NCBI GenBank assembly: GCA_002422025.1
Contig: DISV01000005.1
Span: 51,617 to 115,616 of the forward strand
DNA: 64,000 nucleotides
Direction: 5' to 3'
Source of the DNA: Patescibacteria group bacterium UBA6201
Lineage (GTDB): Bacteria > Patescibacteriota > Minisyncoccia > Phycocordibacterales > UBA918
Shown: positions 19,888 through 32,300 of the stretch, in pieces
Layout of the letters: the number at the start of each line of letters is the position of its first letter
How positions within the stretch are numbered: the stretch's first letter is position 1
Notes under the pieces: generated by a model
Database searches by the model: none
Told to the model about the DNA's origin: nothing
The model's input: the letters and a program-made list of their open reading frames with translations, nothing else
Position numbers and translations under genes: made by a program

Positions 19888-20856
19888 ATGTTTGTAGATG
19901 AAATAACTATAAAAGCCAGCGCTGGTAATGGAGGCGACGGTGTCGCCCGTTGGAGGCAAGAAAAATTTAAACCACTCAGTGGTCCGGCTGGAGGCAATGG
20001 TGGTAGAGGAGGAAGCGTGTATGTTCGCGCTGTTCGTGATTTATCGTTGCTCTCTAAGTACACTGGTTCAAAGGTTTTTAAGGCAAAGGATGGTGAGCAG
20101 GGGCGTAGCCTTAGTCAACACGGCAAGGCATCTGAAGACCTTTATATAGATGTTCCAGTAGGTTCTAGGGTAACTGACCTTGGGCGTGGACGCACTGTAG
20201 AGTTGGAACAAGAAGGACAGACTGAGAAGATATTGGAGGGCGGGCGTGGAGGGCTCGGAAATGAGCATTTTAAGTCCTCAGTTAACCGATCACCCCTTGA
20301 AACAACTAAAGGGAAAAAGGGAGAAGAAGGAGATTTCTTAATTGAGTTAGCCCTCGTGGTGGATGTCGGTTTAATTGGTAAGCCAAATGCTGGAAAATCT
20401 ACTTTACTCAATGCTCTCACCAATGCCCACTCTGCAGTAGGTTCTTATCCCTTTACTACATTAGAGCCACACCTCGGTGATTTGTACGGCTTTGTTTTGG
20501 CTGACATTCCAGGGCTAATTGAGGGAGCGTCAGAAGGTAAAGGGTTGGGTCACAAATTTTTAAAGCATATTTCTAAGACAAAAATGCTCCTGCACCTGGT
20601 CTCCTTAGAAGAAGATGATCCAAAAAATGCATATTATACAATTTTGAAAGAGCTATCTGCCTATGATAAATCTGTAGCAGATAAGGAAACGTGGGTTGTT
20701 TTCACTAAAAAAGACCTTGTTTCTCAACAAAAAATTGACGAGGTATTGAGTAGTATTGACACCCCTCAAAATCGTGTGTTTGTAATATCGACTTTGACCG
20801 CCGAAGGGGTAAAAAACCTGCAAGATTCACTAACTCAGAATCTTAAAAACAAGTAA
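19888..20856 (+). CDS. obgE: GTPase ObgE/CgtA
   Basis: MFVDE..AGNGGDG, GPAGGNGGRGG, GKPNAGKS, YPFTTLEP, DIPGLIEGA, TKKD. Confidence 0.96.
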   Translation: MFVDEITIKASAGNGGDGVARWRQEKFKPLSGPAGGNGGRGGSVYVRAVRDLSLLSKYTGSKVFKAKDGEQGRSLSQHGKASEDLYIDVPVGSRVTDLGRGRTVELEQEGQTEKILEGGRGGLGNEHFKSSVNRSPLETTKGKKGEEGDFLIELALVVDVGLIGKPNAGKSTLLNALTNAHSAVGSYPFTTLEPHLGDLYGFVLADIPGLIEGASEGKGLGHKFLKHISKTKMLLHLVSLEEDDPKNAYYTILKELSAYDKSVADKETWVVFTKKDLVSQQKIDEVLSSIDTPQNRVFVISTLTAEGVKNLQDSLTQNLKNK

Positions 20857-20972
20857 ATGTTCCAGATTGGTGTACTTACACACATGTATATGTGTGTTTA
20901 GAATTATCTAAACAAACAGGAGAAACAAACTCTTGTAATCGGAAGTACCAAAAGGTAATATAAGTGTCAATT

Positions 20973-22418
20973 ATGAGCACTTACAAACCAACTATTGGAA
21001 TCGAAGTCCACGCCGAATTGAACACAAAAAGTAAAATGTTCTGTGCGTGCAAAAATGATCCGCACGCCAGTTTACCCAACACTAATATATGTGCGGTTTG
21101 TCTGGCCCATCCAGGTACACTTCCGCGGGTTAATGCTGAAGCAATTAAAAAAGTGCTGATTCTAGGGCAAGCTATAAAAGGGGAGATTGCTGACTTTAGC
21201 GAGTTCGATCGAAAGCAGTACTTTTACCCGGATATACCAAAGGCCTATCAGCTGAGCCAGTACGCATATCCCTTTGTGAAGGGTGGGGAGTTAGCTGGGG
21301 TGGCAATAACTAGGGTCCACCTAGAGGAAGATACTGCCAGAAGCTCACACACTAATGCAAATGAAAGTAACACTAATGCAAATGGACATAGTGCCGTTGA
21401 TTTCAATAGGGCAGGAGTACCGCTTATGGAACTCGTGACCGAGCCAGTTATACACGATGCAGATACGGCTTCGAACTTCGTTAAGGAACTTCAGCTTATG
21501 CTACGTACACTCGGTATATCTGAAGCTAATATGGAAAAGGGCGAGATGCGAGTAGAGGCCAATATCTCAATTAGTAAAACAGATCAGTTAGGTACTAAGG
21601 TTGAAGTTAAAAACCTCAATTCCTTCAAGGCAATGAGTCAGGCAATAGAGTTTGAGATATCTCGTCAAACCGAGATATTGGATAAAAACGAGGCTGTAAA
21701 ACAGGAAACTCGTGGTTGGGATGAAAATAAATCTCGTACTTTTCTACAAAGATCTAAGGAAAAAGCTGATGAATATCGTTATTTTCCTGACCCTGACATA
21801 CCAAAGTTCGTGATTTCTGAGATTGATATGTTTAGCCGAGATAATTTATCCAATGCTACACGAGATATCCCTGAAAATATAAGGATTAAATACCGAGATA
21901 TCGGCTTAACGGAAAATCAGATAGAGATGTTACTTTTAAATCCTGCGCTACGTAACTTCTTTGAAGTTGGATTTGTTGCTACTTCAGAAGATCGTGGAGC
22001 TGAGTCCACTAGAATGGCAGCAAACTACTTAACTTCAGATGTGGCTGGCCTCTTGTCTGCCAATCCAGAACTAAAATTAGACATGGTTGCTGTACCAGGT
22101 TTTGTAAAACTAGTTTTCATGCTCCAGAAGGGAGAAATAGGCTCACGAGTAGCAAAGGATTTACTACCTCAGGTACTCTTTGAACTAAAGGATCCAGAAA
22201 CTGTAGCCAAGGAACAGGGGTTATTACAGTTATCTTCTACTGATGACTTGATGGGTGTGATTCTGAAGGTTATTGAGAGTAATGAGAAGGTGGTTGCCGA
22301 TTACAAGGCAGGTAAGGAGTCCTCAGTACAATTCTTGGTTGGACAAGCTATGAAGGAAACTAAGGGTTCGGCTAATCCTGCGGTCCTACTTACGTTGTTT
22401 AAGGAGGCTCTAAAATAG
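20973..22418 (+). CDS. gatB: Asp/Glu-tRNA amidotransferase subunit B
   Basis: IGIEVHAEL, FDRKQYFYPD, HLEED, DFNRAGVPLMELVTEP, YRYFPDPD, FLVGQAMK. Confidence 0.97.
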   Translation: MSTYKPTIGIEVHAELNTKSKMFCACKNDPHASLPNTNICAVCLAHPGTLPRVNAEAIKKVLILGQAIKGEIADFSEFDRKQYFYPDIPKAYQLSQYAYPFVKGGELAGVAITRVHLEEDTARSSHTNANESNTNANGHSAVDFNRAGVPLMELVTEPVIHDADTASNFVKELQLMLRTLGISEANMEKGEMRVEANISISKTDQLGTKVEVKNLNSFKAMSQAIEFEISRQTEILDKNEAVKQETRGWDENKSRTFLQRSKEKADEYRYFPDPDIPKFVISEIDMFSRDNLSNATRDIPENIRIKYRDIGLTENQIEMLLLNPALRNFFEVGFVATSEDRGAESTRMAANYLTSDVAGLLSANPELKLDMVAVPGFVKLVFMLQKGEIGSRVAKDLLPQVLFELKDPETVAKEQGLLQLSSTDDLMGVILKVIESNEKVVADYKAGKESSVQFLVGQAMKETKGSANPAVLLTLFKEALK

Positions 22419-22487
22419 GTTTAGTTATACACAGGTATTTGAGGTGTTATAGAGCGAACTAGGTCCTTGATGTTATATAATTCGGTT

Positions 22488-23228
22488 ATGGAGGAAATCT
22501 CGGTTAACGGAGAAAATTACGTAAAAGCTAGTATCTTAGCCAAGAATTTTGGCTACACTCCGGATTATATCGGACAACTTTGTCGTGCTGGGCAAGTGAA
22601 GTGCACACTTGTTGGACGTAGTTGGTATGTGAATGAAGAGTCGCTTCGAGAACATCGCAAAGGACGTTATCGAAGTAGTTCTGCTAAATCCAAAGAATAC
22701 TTACGTAAGGCAGTAGAAGATCAGTTATTAGTACCGGTTCAGATGCGAACTACTTCAACGGTAAGATATGAACCAGATGAGAAGGAACTTTTTCCGGCAC
22801 TGAATAAAACAGAAGAAACTCATCCTATTGCTTCTGAAGATGATAGTTTAGACTTAAAGGTGGCTATAAATAAGCCTCTATTGGTTGAATCGCTGTCAGA
22901 TAGGCCTGGTGTACCTGTAGCGAGGAAGACTTTAACTAGACATCCTGCACCCGTTTTGCGTACGATTCCTGCTTTACGCCCGATTATAAGCCCCGTACAA
23001 CCCAACTTAACTGCGAAGTCACAAAAAAGTGGCTTCATTCCGAGTCGGGTATCTACAACGGGTACCTTTGCAATATTTTTAGGAATTTTACTAGTTGAGT
23101 CGGTGTTGCTTTTTGGAGTTCTGGGATTAGAGAAGCGCCTCGTTTTGGCCGACAGTAATCAGGCAATGGTTTTGTATGGTTTTGATGCTGATAAGGCACT
23201 TGACTCGATAAAATTCTTCCAAAAATAG
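22488..23228 (+). CDS. N-terminal HTH (excisionase/MerR-like) protein with C-terminal TM segment
   Basis: YVKASILAKNFGYTPDYIGQLCRAGQVKCTLVGRSWYV; hydrophobic stretch near C-terminus. Confidence 0.7.
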   Translation: MEEISVNGENYVKASILAKNFGYTPDYIGQLCRAGQVKCTLVGRSWYVNEESLREHRKGRYRSSSAKSKEYLRKAVEDQLLVPVQMRTTSTVRYEPDEKELFPALNKTEETHPIASEDDSLDLKVAINKPLLVESLSDRPGVPVARKTLTRHPAPVLRTIPALRPIISPVQPNLTAKSQKSGFIPSRVSTTGTFAIFLGILLVESVLLFGVLGLEKRLVLADSNQAMVLYGFDADKALDSIKFFQK

Positions 23229-23366
23229 CACATCTGCATCTATTTTTGAAAGAATTCAAATATGGAAAATTATCAAAAAATAAACTTAGAAGTCTTCAAA
23301 AGATATCCCCATTTTGGGGATATTTTTTAACCAATTTAGTCTGATATTACTATAAAATTACTAGTG

Positions 23367-26300
23367 ATGTCAGATAGTACAGAGCCTTCAAACGTAGACA
23401 CTTCAAAGTCGACAAAATTCCTTTCCGTCAAAGAGGCGGCCACTGTCTCTTCTTATACTACTGCTCACGTAACAAGGCTCGCTCAAAAGGGATTAATCAC
23501 AGCTGTGCGTGATGGTCGACAATGGCTGATTGATCCAATTTCTCTCCAAAAATTTGTCTGGGATACAGAAGAAAAAAAGAAAGTAAGAAAGGAACAATTA
23601 CGAAAGGAAAGAGTGGAGGAATTGCATTTATCTAGTACTGGACAAACTCTGGAGGATTCCGATGAGGAGTTTTCAATATTTGATGTTAGAACCGCCGTTG
23701 TTTCCGCCGTCTTCACCACTTGTGTAGCATTGTTGTTTTCTCTGGGGAGTGTTTATGATCAAAATGAACAAATCTTTGCTGGTAGTACGGTGGTGTCAGG
23801 AGTAGAGAGGTTATCCTATGATTTTAAGGATAGAGTGCTTCCTCGAACTCGCGACCTTTCAGCCACCACTCTCTTATCTGCTCCGATTGCAACATATTCA
23901 GGAAAAGTATTGGAATCGTTGTGGTGCGATTTGAAATTACTCTGGTACAAAAATGATAGCTGTGGTGCTCCAGCAATCGAGTACGCTATTCTGCCAATCA
24001 TAAATAACCGTGATGCTGACCCCGAGACTAATGTCACAGTTAACAATACTTACATCACTAATCCTGTAGAGAGAGAAGTCGTAGAGCGAGAAATTGTCCG
24101 TGAAGTTTTTGTCCAAGATGGTCAACTTTCTTTTGCTTCATACATAACTCGTACTGAGTACGACAATCAGGTTGATGCCATAATGCGCTCTATCGAAAAT
24201 ATCGACACGAGCGGAGGTGGTGGAGGTACTAGTAATGTTGCCTCTTTAGAGGATCTTTCTGATGTTGCAGCAATGACTGAAAGTACTGGTGATTTGTTAA
24301 TTTGGACCGGTTCGACCTGGAGTAATATTGCCACCTCTTCTTTGGGGATTTCCGGAGGTAGTGGCGCAGTCGATTCGGTCAATGGTCAGACTGGTGTAGT
24401 GGTACTCGATACTGGGGATGTTTCGGAAAATGGCAATCTATACTTCACCAACGCTCGCGCTCGCGAATCCCTTTCATCATCTGCCACCGGTCTTTCGTAC
24501 GCAACTTCAACCGGTGTTTTTAGCTTAACAGCCGGATACACCATTCCACTCACTGCCTCAACGACTGAATGGAGTAATACTACTAACCTCGTCACTGCCG
24601 GCAGCGCTTCTTGGGACGCTGCTGCAGCTAGTACCACCGCTCTTACTCCTAGCTACCTCCGTGGTCTCTTTTCTAACTCTGCCACCGGCCTCACCTATGA
24701 CTCTGGCACTGGCGCGACTTCACTCACATCTGGCTACACTATCCCACTTTTAGCTTCAACTACTGAGTGGGTTACTGCGTATGGGTGGGGGGATCACTCA
24801 CTGCAAAACTACATCCAGCAAAACGACAACGTAGTATTTGGTAATGCCACTACCACTAGCCTGGTGGTTAGTAACAACATCACAACTTCCTTAAACGATG
24901 GTTGTGTGGAAGTTGCTGGTGGCATACTTACCTCTACCGGTTCTAACTGTGGGATTGGTAGTGGGGGAATCACTAGCCTAAATGGCCTCACTACATCTTC
25001 TCAGTCGTTTGCCACTTCCACCTCAGGAGGTCTTGATCTCAGTATCACTTCTAGTAGTGGTGTACACACTTTCACTGCAGGTCTTTCAGCCGGCTACACC
25101 ATCCCACTTTCAGCTTCCACCACCGAGTGGGCCAACACTCGCAATATCGTCAACGCCTCTTCAACCCTCTGGGACACTGCATACAGCTGGGGAGATCACA
25201 GTACCGCCGGCTACCTAACAACCATCGCTTCTTCCACCATTCGCAACATGTTCTCTAACACTGCCACTGGTCTCACTTATGACTCTGGTACTGGCATCAC
25301 TTCATTGACAGCCGGCTATACTATCCCACTTACTGCCTCAACAACTGAGTGGTCAACCACATACGGATGGGGAGATCACAGTATCGCTGGCTACTTAACC
25401 GAAGTCGCCACTACCACCGTACGTAGCATGTTCTCAACTGGTACTGGTCTTTCATATTCAACTACCACTGGAGAGTTTATCAACACCGGTGTCCTTTCGC
25501 TCGGTGGACTAACCGGTGCTGTGGCTACCTCATCTCTCCATGTCTCCACCTCTACATATGCCTTTACGTCCGGTACCTCATCAATCGCTCTTTCACTCGA
25601 TGGATTTAATTCAACAGACTATCTAACGCTATCCGCTTGGTATGCCACCACCACCGACGCTCTTGATGAAGGTCTAAACAATCTATATTTCACCAACGCT
25701 CGCGCTCGTGAATCACTTTCATCATCTGCCACCGGTCTTTCATACGCAACTTCAACCGGTGCTTTTAGCTTAACGGCCGGCTATACCATTCCACTCACTG
25801 CCTCTACGACTGAATGGAGTAACACTGCTAACCTCGTCACTGCTGGCAGTGCCTCTTGGGACGCTGCTGCAGCTAGTACCACTGCTCTCACTCCAGCATA
25901 TCTGCGTGGTCTCTTTTCAAACTCTGCAACCGGTCTTACTTATGACTCTGGTACTGGCGCGACTTCACTTACAGCTGGCTACACTATCCCACTCACAGCT
26001 TCAACGACTGAGTGGGCTACTGCGTATGGGTGGGGGGATCACAGTGCGGTGGGATATCTCGTCTCTGGTGATATCGACACTTCCTCCGAACTACTCACAA
26101 TTGTTTCAGACGAAACCGGCACTGGCTCATTAGTGTTCAACGCTTCGCCAACTTTCACTGGCAACACCACTTTGGCAAATGCCTCTACCACCAACCTCAC
26201 CGTTTCAGGTAACAGCTATCTCGGTACGGTTGCCTCCGGTACCTGGAACGGTACCGACATCGACATCTCTGACTACACCAATCTCTCAGTCACTGCCACT

Positions 26301-29300
26301 GGCCTCTCCCTGTCCGGTGATGCTGTAGCACTCACTGCCGGCTATATTATCCCACTTTCAGCTTCAACAACTGAGTGGTCAACCGCGTATGGGTGGGGAG
26401 ATCACAGTATCGCTGGTTACTTAACCAACATTACTGGTGAATCACTCGAAGACCTGACTGATGTTGCCACAATGACCAAGTCTACTGGTGATCTTCTTTC
26501 ATGGAATGGTTCAAGTTGGACGAATGTGGCTACGTCATCTCTTGGCTTCAATGACCACGACAGTGTCACTCTTGCTGGTGAAAATTATCTATCACTAGCA
26601 ACTCAACAAATCACGGCCAACGCCATCAACCCAGATAACCTAGCATCCGCCGACTTCGGTGACTTCACCTGCAACGGTACTACTTGTTCGTTTGATACTG
26701 ACTCTGTCAGTGACAACGAGATTGATTACACAACAGTCACTCTCAATGACCTAACTTTCGATGTAGGCAACGTTTCGAAGACCGAGTTTGGTTACCTAGA
26801 TGGAGTCACTTCTGCTATACAAACGCAACTTGATTCAAAACTTTCAACTACCACTGCTGCCTCAACTTACTTAACAATCAACAATAATTTATCTGACCTT
26901 GCCTCCACCACTGTGGCCCGCACTAATCTCGGACTTGGTACCGTTGCTCTACTTAACAGTATTGATATCTCTGATAATACCAATCTCTCTGTATCAGCGA
27001 CCGGCCTCTCCCTGTCCGGTGATGCTGTGGCACTCACTGCCGGCTACACCATCCCACTTTCAGCCTCAACCACTGAGTGGTCAACTGCATACGGATGGGG
27101 AGACCACAGTATCGCTGGCTATCTAACCAATATTACTGGTGAATCCTTCTACGACTTAGTTGACACTCAAAGTTCATACACTGCCAACCGTGTTTTATAT
27201 CAAGGCGGAGGAGGTGTGACTGACTCAGCCAACCTCACCTTCGACGGTTCACTCTTCAGTGTGATTGGTACCGCTTCATCTACAAATCTTTTTACTACCA
27301 ATGCCACTACCACCAATATCACTGCTTCAGGTCACGCTACTCTTGCTACAGCATCATCTACTAACTTCACTGTCTCAGGTAACTCATATATAGGTACGGT
27401 TCTTGGTGGTGCATGGCAGGGAAGCGCAATCGGTGTGCAGTATGGCGGTACCGGAGCAAGTACATTCACTGCCGGAGAAATTCTTGTAGGCAACGGTACT
27501 GGAGCCATCACTTCAACCTCAACCGCCAACCTCAAGGCCACTCTTGGACTTAACAATGTAGAAAACACTGCACTCTCTACTTGGGCTGGTTCATCTAACA
27601 TTACTACCCTTGGTACTATCGTTTCTGGTGTTTGGAATGGAACTACTATAGATGTAGCTCATGGCGGCACCGGAGCTACTACTCTCACCGGTCTCCTTTT
27701 AGGTAATGGCACTGGTGCATTCACTGCTACCACCACATTATCTTCTTCTTATATAGAAGATGCTTATGTTCTCAATACTGGCGACTCTATCTCTGGTAAC
27801 CTAACTTTCTCTGGATTAGCCGCTAATATTGTTCTAGGTTCTAACTGGCTTTCAGGCGATGGAGGAGACGAGGGGCTGTTTGTTGATAGTGTCGGTAAAG
27901 TCGGTATCGGGACGGCTTCTCCCACCGCAGCATTATCAATTACTAATGATGGAACATCTGATCTTGATGTCTTGCTTGATAACGGCACAGTTCAAGGAGT
28001 ATTTGAGTTACAATCAAACAGTGTTGCAAGGTTGGGTACCATAACGAATCATTCATTCGAATTCGTAACCAATAACTCTACTCGTTTTAAGGTAACTAAT
28101 GCCGGGAATATTGGTATAGGCTCCACCTCTCCATCATCTAAACTCACTGTTCAAGGTGACACCTGGATTGGTGGAAACATTACTGCCACTGGCACTTTAA
28201 ATATCACTGATCACTCTACTCTAACTACTGCCTCCACCACCAACCTCACTGTCTCAGGTAACAGCTATCTCGGTACAGTTGCCTCCGGTACCTGGAATGG
28301 TACCGACATCGACATTAGCGACTACACCAACCTCTCTGTATCAGCGACCGGCCTTGAACTTTCGGGTGATGCTATTGCACTCACAGCTGGCTACACTATC
28401 CCACTCACTGCTTCAACTACTGCCTGGAACACAGCCTATAGTTGGGGTGACCACAGCATAGCTGGATATCTAACCAATATTACTGGTGAATCACTTGAAG
28501 ACCTGACCGACGTAGCAGCAATGACTAAGTCTACCGGTGACCTTCTTTCATGGAATGGTTCAAGTTGGACGAATGTAGCGACTTCAAGCTTAGGGATTAC
28601 TGGCACTTCCGACGGCGTCGCTTCTTCAAGTGTGGCGTTTTCGGTCCACAAGAATGGGACGAACCAGACAGTGACAGCAAATACATTTACCTTGCTCACT
28701 TGGTCCACCGAAGTCTTCGACACCAACAACAACTTCGACCTCACCACTGAACGCTTCACGCCAACGGTGGCGGGGAAGTATATTGCGACCGTTGCGTCGT
28801 TTTGTAATGACAGTACAACAAATTGCCAAGTAGCAATATATAAAAATGGTGTCTTGTACTCAAAAAATGTGAATGTTGATCCGAATAATACAGGATCTAT
28901 GGTAACTACTATTGTAGACATGAACGGTACCACTGATTATCTAGAAGCCTATGGATATGATGGTGGAGGAACTACTATCTCCGGCGCTGCAGAGGTCACC
29001 TACTTCTCCGGCGCCCTCATTGCTCCAGCTAACGGCCTCGCCGGCGGTTGGTCTAACGACGGCACGCAGTCATACCTCGCCGACTACACCGACCTCGTAG
29101 CTATCGGTACTTCTACTGCCGCCGCAAAGCTCGATGTGTGGGGAAGTGCTGGTTCAACTGACATACTCGGAATTTCTTCAAGTACTGGTTCACGACTCCT
29201 CACTGTGACAAGTAACGGTAATGTGGGGATTGGAACCACCACTCCTTCGTCGAAACTCTCCGTCTACGGTGACGTTCTGCTCGAAGGCTCAAGCCGTTAT

Positions 29301-32300
29301 CTAAACTTCGGTAGTACTGCAGGTACATCAGGCTACGGTATTCGCGACAACGCCGGAACCATAGAGTTTAAAAACTCTGGTGGCTCTTGGACCGGTATTG
29401 GCACGGGCACTGGCAGTACTGGTTCTAGTAGTGTGGCGTTTTCGGTACATAAGAATAGCACTGCGCAGACGGTGACTTCAGCTACTGTCACGCTTCTTAC
29501 TTGGTCTACCGAACTCTTCGACACCAACAACAACTTCGACCTCACCACTGAACGCTTCACGCCAACGGTGGCAGGGAAATATACAGTTACACTTTCAGCT
29601 TTTTGTGATAATGGTACAACAGGTTGTGCGGTCTACATCTATAAAAATAACGTACTTGTAAACCAAGGCTATACTGGGTCAAACGTTGCTACCGGTGTTG
29701 CAGCTGTTACGGCCATTATAGATATGAACGGTACGACGGATTATCTAGAAGCTTATGTATTTAATAATAATGGTACTACCATTAATGGTGGTAAACATGT
29801 CACCTACTTCTCCGGCGCCCTCATTGCTCCAGCTAACGGCCTCGCCGGCGGTTGGTCTAACGACGGCACGCAGTCATACCTCGCTGACTACACCGACCTC
29901 GTTGCTATCGGTACCACTACCGCAGCCGCTAAGCTTGATGTCTGGGGAAGTGCTGGTTCAACTGACATCCTTGGTATTTCATCCTCAACAGGTTCACGTT
30001 TGTTGACACTCACTAGTGGAGGCAACCTCGGTCTCGGCACTACTACTCCGTCATCTAAACTCTCCATCCAAGGAACTGGTAATCTCCTCTCACTCTTCGA
30101 CACTGCCGGCAACTCTATCTTCAATATTGCTTCTGCCACTACATCTACCTCTACTCTAGCTACCAACCTCGCAATCACCGGCAACCTCTCACTTTCTGGT
30201 TCACTCTACGATAGTACTAGCTCTGCTGGTTCTTCAGGTATGGTGTTACAAAGTACTGGTAGTGGAACTCAATGGGTAGCCACTTCATCACTTGGTATTA
30301 CTGGTGGTACTGATGGTGTCGCTTCTTCAAGTGTGGCGTTTAGTGTGCATAAGAATGGAACAAATCAGACTGTGACAAGCAATGTAGAAACTTTGGTGAC
30401 TTGGTCCACAGAAGATTTTGACACAAATAACAACTTCGACCTCTCAACAGAACGTTTTACTCCTACTATTGCAGGTAAATATATAGTCACAGTCGCTGTA
30501 CGGTGCGATTCGGCGACCACCTTTTGTCAGGCACGTCTGAGAAAGAACGGAAGTGGTATATCAACTCGATATGAATATACAGCCGGAGGTGGCACTCCAC
30601 CTACTACAGTTACAGCTACTGTGGATATGAATGGTACGACGGATTACTTGGATGTTATGGCGACAAATAGTGGGGGAACCACAATAAACGGTGGTGCGGA
30701 ATACACATACTTCTCCGGCGCCCTCATCGCTCCAGCTAACGGCCTCGCCGGCGGTTGGTCAAATGACGGTACTCAGTCATACCTCGCCGACTATACCGAC
30801 CTCGTTGCCATCGGTACCACTACCGCTACTGCTAAACTCGACATCTGGGGAAGTGCTGGTTCAACTGACATTCTTGGTATCTCATCCAGTACTGGTTCAC
30901 GACTTCTCACAGTGACGAGTAACGGTAATTTGGGAATTGGAACCTCTTCACCAACATACAAACTTGATGTAGCTGGAGGATATATAAACGTAGATGGTAA
31001 CAGTGGTGGATATAAAATAAGTGGTAACACCATTCTTCAAGCTTCGAGTACTAACTTCAGTACCTTGGTTGGTAATGGAGCTGGTACAGTACTGCAAGCC
31101 ACCGGTCTATACAACACCGCTGTTGGTTATCAGTCATTAAATGTAGCGACTTCTTCTACTTACAACACCGCTGTCGGTTATCAATCGCTCTTCTCTGATA
31201 CTTCTGGTGGTAGCAACACAGCTACTGGTTACAAGGCTTTGTACTCAAACACCACTGGTGGTTTTAACACCGCACTGGGACGAGAATCTCTCTATTCCAA
31301 CACCACTGGTGTCGCCAACACTGCTTATGGTTACAAATCTCTCTATTCCAACACCACTGGTAGTTACAACGTGGCTAGTGCGTATCAAGCTCTACAGTCC
31401 AACACCACTGGTAGTTACAACATGGCCTTGGGACGTCAGGCTCTCTACTCCAACACCTCTGGACAAGGTAATACCGCGGTAGGGTTTAGAACTGGTTACG
31501 GTGACGGGTCTACATTAAATCAACAATCAGTAGTGGATGAGTACATAACATTGATTGGTTATCAGGCTTCTCGTGATGCTTCAGTGGCTTCGACCACCTC
31601 TCTCACTAACAGCGTTGCGATTGGTTACAACGCTAGATTCTTAGCTAGCAACCAAGTAGTGCTCGGTAATGATTCGGTTACTTCCACTTTGTTGAAAGGT
31701 AATGTCAGTATCGGTACCACCACCAACGCTGTAGCTGGTGGCACAGCAGCCTTCTTAAACATTGATCGTTCAAGTGCGGGGGCGTTCGCCGTGGGTACAT
31801 ATATAAATCTCACTACAAGTGCTTCTCATTTTGGTTTTGCTAACCCTAACGGTTTGGTTGGTACTATTAACACTTCTGCTTCCGCCACCACCTACAACAC
31901 CACTTCCGACCGTCGTACCAAGGAAAATATTACCGAAACCGTACTCGGACTCGATGCCTTAATGCAGCTACCAATACGTGACTTCTCATTCATTAAAGAT
32001 ACTACCCACGCTACAACCTCCGGCTTCATCGCGCAGGAGTTATATGAAATATTCCCTTGGGCAGTCTCAACCAACGGTGACAATGGTATTGACCCACTTA
32101 CCGGCACCAGTACTCCTTGGTCAGTGGACTATGGTCGAGTGACTCCACTCATTGCTCGGGCAGTACAGGAATTGAATTTGAAACTAGAAGATTTGGCCAC
32201 CACTAGCTTGTATGCCGATTTGGAAGCTGATTCATTTACTAAGAGTTTCTTCGATAAACTCATCGCTTGGTTTGCTGACGCTACCAATGGTATTGAGAAC

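Noticed and set aside
21348-21388. Short duplication in gatB (TNANESNTNANG) and 9-bp repeats at the cyclophilin start (53490-53519)
   Set aside because: In-frame slippage-type micro-duplications in variable regions; no evidence of a system.
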